NCBI GenBank assembly: GCA_030587475.2
Contig: JAUQYZ020000026.1
Location: 1 to 18,597, forward strand
Direction of reading: 5' to 3'
DNA length: 18,597 nt
Origin: Candidatus Sigynarchaeum calidifontis
Lineage (GTDB): Archaea > Asgardarchaeota > Lokiarchaeia > Sigyniarchaeales > Sigyniarchaeaceae
Shown here piece by piece: positions 16,186 to 18,597 of this stretch; positions within the stretch are counted from its first letter, which is position 1; each line of letters begins with the position of its first letter. The translations under genes and the position numbers were made by a program. The notes beneath the pieces were generated by a model. The model worked only from the letters and a program-made list of their open reading frames with translations, ran no database searches and was not told where the DNA came from.

Positions 16186-17081
16186 AAGGGACGAGTCAAT
16201 GCATTATCAAATTCTATTTCAATGGTACGACAGGGAACGGCAATGGACAAGGGACTTGGGATTTCGGGGATGGAGTAAATGCAAGTTTCTTGGCCGATCC
16301 CAATCCTTCCCATCATTATCAAAACCCGGGCAATTACACAGTCAGCCTATCGTACCAAGATTGGGATGGGGACGCCGTTACCATCACGCGAGAATATTAC
16401 ATTCATATCCAAACCGATTTAGTGCCGGATTTCACGATCCTCATCAACCCAGAGATTATCGTCGAAGGCGGCCTCAAGAATAATTGGTCTCATTTTAGTG
16501 CTTCTGGTTCATTCGGCAATCTTCCGGTAACATTCAGATGGCAATTTCCTTATTGGGGGGAATGGTTCTTACCAGAATTCGATATTTATTTTCCATTCCA
16601 CGGGATTTTTTTAATAAACTTGACTATACGAGATATTGATGGGGACTCAGTCACTATAAGAAAGAACATTACAATATTGCAAAATATTCTTCCCGTGCTC
16701 TCGTTTGCTCCGGATGATACCGACATAACTGTCGGGGAATCTGTCCGCTTCATATTCACGGGAATTTTAGGGAATGAACCTGTTCAACGAGTATTCTGGA
16801 CTTTCGGGGACCGGACGGCAGGATCTACCGAGCTGAACCCTTCTCACGTGTTCTTGAAAGAGGGTGTCTACAACATAACCCTATTTATAATTGATTACAA
16901 CGGAGATAATGCAACGCTCACCCTCCCGGTCGTTATCACGATCATGCCTCCAGAGCCTCCACCGGTTATCGATCCGACGATTTTTATCATCACGGGTAGC
17001 ACCATCGCCGGAGTCACTATTGTCGCATCAATGAAAAGCATGATTAGGAAACGACGAAGTAATGTCTCCTGGCACCCTTGA
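16176..17081 (+). CDS. PKD-domain surface protein with C-terminal TM anchor, 5'-truncated (no credible start or signal peptide)
   Basis: Three PKD-like units: TWDFGDG...NPSHHYQNPGNYTVSL..DWDGD; GNLPVTFRWQF...GIFLINLTIRDIDGD; GNEPVQRVFWTFGD...NPSHVFLKEGVYNITL..DYNGD. These are followed by a PPEPPP linker, a TM and RKRR. The ORF-track part 16047-16175 is an off-frame read of the upstream gene. The start coordinate is approximate. Confidence 0.8.
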   Translation, partial: SAVKGTSQCIIKFYFNGTTGNGNGQGTWDFGDGVNASFLADPNPSHHYQNPGNYTVSLSYQDWDGDAVTITREYYIHIQTDLVPDFTILINPEIIVEGGLKNNWSHFSASGSFGNLPVTFRWQFPYWGEWFLPEFDIYFPFHGIFLINLTIRDIDGDSVTIRKNITILQNILPVLSFAPDDTDITVGESVRFIFTGILGNEPVQRVFWTFGDRTAGSTELNPSHVFLKEGVYNITLFIIDYNGDNATLTLPVVITIMPPEPPPVIDPTIFIITGSTIAGVTIVASMKSMIRKRRSNVSWHP

Positions 17082-17082
17082 T

Positions 17083-17586
17083 CTAAGAATCAAGTTCGAA
17101 TAACTCGTCGACAAGATCCGGGTGTGTCTTCAACAACACGGATCGCAAACATAGGCCAGCCGCTGTCAAGTGGGGAGCCCTCAGTAGCGGATCGACAAAG
17201 CCATGATGGATCAAGTAACGAACGTGTAGTTCAGCATCGCCACCAGCTTCGAAAAGGACCCAGAGCATTCGCTGGTAAGACGCAAAAAGGCTTCCAACAC
17301 CCGCGAACATCTCGCAGTCATCGCTCAATTTAGACTCGAAGTATCTATTCCACGCGTTCAAGAAGGAGCGTTTATCTTGTAAAGAATGAAAAAGGACTTC
17401 TTCTTCAAAATTTCCCCAGCAGAGTGCATACGGGATCATTTCATCACTTTCGAGATCCCGTAAATCGGAGACCATGTCGATCTCTCGTCCATCAATCATC
17501 ACCGGCTTGATCGATCGAATATCACTCGAAAATCCATCCAGCAAGGCTTCTTGATCGGGGGGATTCATGGCGCGGAATGGAATCAT
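17083..17586 (-). CDS. Hypothetical acidic protein
   Basis: 167-aa ORF with an ATG 3 nt after the upstream stop. It tiles neatly against the convergent PKD gene. No recognisable motif. Confidence 0.7.
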   Translation of the reverse strand: MIPFRAMNPPDQEALLDGFSSDIRSIKPVMIDGREIDMVSDLRDLESDEMIPYALCWGNFEEEVLFHSLQDKRSFLNAWNRYFESKLSDDCEMFAGVGSLFASYQRMLWVLFEAGGDAELHVRYLIHHGFVDPLLRAPHLTAAGLCLRSVLLKTHPDLVDELFELDS

Positions 17587-17589
17587 GGC

Positions 17590-18423
17590 TCATTGTCTCT
17601 TCTTGATTAATTCTTCAATGGCTTCGGCTTTTTTCTCCGCTTCTATTGCCTGGGGTCTTGTCTCCTCAATTATACTTAATTGGCGATAGATGTCTAGCCA
17701 AACATGTTTCGAGAAATCGAGATCGCCGATCTTGTCGAGAAAAGCCTCGAGCTTGTTCCAATACGGCAAGTAATCTCCCAATCCGGGATATCTATGTAGT
17801 AACGAGTATGAGATGTGGTAGACGAGGACTTGACATGTTTCTCGCAACAATCCGCGACTTTCAAGAGCGTTAACAATGCGGATAAAAGCTTCAGTAGCCA
17901 GCGAAAAAAAAGGATCCGGGTCGAGCTCATCTATCGCGTCTAAAAGGTCTTCGTCGATCTCGTGCCACTTCTCGTAATTCGCGCGGGCAATGCGATTGAT
18001 CAAGATCTCAATCGACACATCACTTTCATACTCCGCGACGGTCGCGGCGAGCCCTTCCCAGACGATGTCGGGCACGTTTTCCCAAGGGATGATGGGGAAT
18101 TGCCTCCATTCCTCGTCCGTGAATCGCTCCGTGATATAATGTCCTTTCCCCTCGTCTACGAACGTTTCCACCAGAGCCACCCAATCCCCAGAAGTGGGAC
18201 GTTCATCACCTTCGCCACGTCGAAACAAACTCGCGTATTCCGGGACGAAATGCACCTTTTCATTAATTTCAAGATCATCCATATCAATATATTCGTCCAT
18301 CTCCTTTTCAGTCGGCTTTCGTGCAGCGATGCGCTGCCTGGCAGATGTCAACTTCCATAGAACGCCTGCCCATCCGGCGATCTGCGTGCGTTTCCAATAT
18401 TTTCGTTCGTCTACGTGCGCCAT
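17590..18423 (-). CDS. Hypothetical acidic, mostly helical protein
   Basis: Long ORF (the track start is 18495). ATG 18423 is preferred because AGGTGG(TG) lies just upstream. D/E- and W-rich, with no recognisable motif. Confidence 0.75.
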   Translation of the reverse strand: MAHVDERKYWKRTQIAGWAGVLWKLTSARQRIAARKPTEKEMDEYIDMDDLEINEKVHFVPEYASLFRRGEGDERPTSGDWVALVETFVDEGKGHYITERFTDEEWRQFPIIPWENVPDIVWEGLAATVAEYESDVSIEILINRIARANYEKWHEIDEDLLDAIDELDPDPFFSLATEAFIRIVNALESRGLLRETCQVLVYHISYSLLHRYPGLGDYLPYWNKLEAFLDKIGDLDFSKHVWLDIYRQLSIIEETRPQAIEAEKKAEAIEELIKKRQ

Positions 18424-18501
18424 CTTCGGCACCACCTTTTCTCTTCGACTCGCCAATATATATTCATGTCGTACCTCGTATCTACAAGACTCCATTCTTT
18501 T

Positions 18502-18597
18502 TCAACCGACGATGATGTAATTCGATCCCTTCCGGACGAGAATCCCATCATTCACGAGGCCTTGGAGAATCCGGTAGAGTTTCTCGCTCTTTTTTTG
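18502..18597 (-). CDS. 3' end of a protein with a C-terminal winged-helix (begins beyond the right edge)
   Basis: Not in the ORF track. Hand translation gives QKKSEKLYRILQGLVNDGILVRKGSNYIIVG-stop (TGA at 18504-18502), which fits the wHTH pattern of recognition helix, LxxxGxL and beta wing. Confidence 0.6.
   Translation of the reverse strand, partial: QKKSEKLYRILQGLVNDGILVRKGSNYIIVG

Noticed and set aside
1-18597. CRISPR array, tRNA, rRNA or IS element
   Set aside because: Intergenic gaps are short (under ~250 nt) and show no spaced repeats, cloverleaf or terminal inverted repeats. No ORF has transposase or integrase motifs.

Overview
This 18.6-kb window is prokaryotic and very probably from an Asgard archaeon (Lokiarchaeia-like, GC-rich). 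That is an inference from a membrane protein carrying a longin-like 'DPDLITGFLTAIQSFG' domain, PKD domains ending in DxDGD, many N-x-S/T sequons and TATA/oligo-T signals. Left (1-4833): two tandem paralogous large surface proteins on the - strand. One is complete (~1377 aa, single-pass and receptor-like). The other runs off the left edge and is missing from the ORF track. Their N-termini are diverged, but they share an abrupt 100% identical DNA block (1-128 = 4373-4500). Middle (5024-15824): MBL-fold hydrolase, ExeA-like AAA+ ATPase with wHTH, Zn-dependent dehydrogenase, small Ca-loop membrane protein, MFS transporter, FAD-linked oxidoreductase, RimK/MptN-like ligase, and a tightly coupled ribokinase-family kinase (DeoK-like)-deoC-membrane-anchored GH-A glycosidase unit. 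Right (15889-18597): a GC-rich membrane-protein gene breaks off at ~16175, where an AT-richer, start-less PKD-domain gene begins. Two acidic orphan genes and the tail of a winged-helix protein follow. No rRNA, tRNA, CRISPR array, transposase, integrase or reverse transcriptase was seen. All family assignments come from reading motifs by eye, not from database searches.
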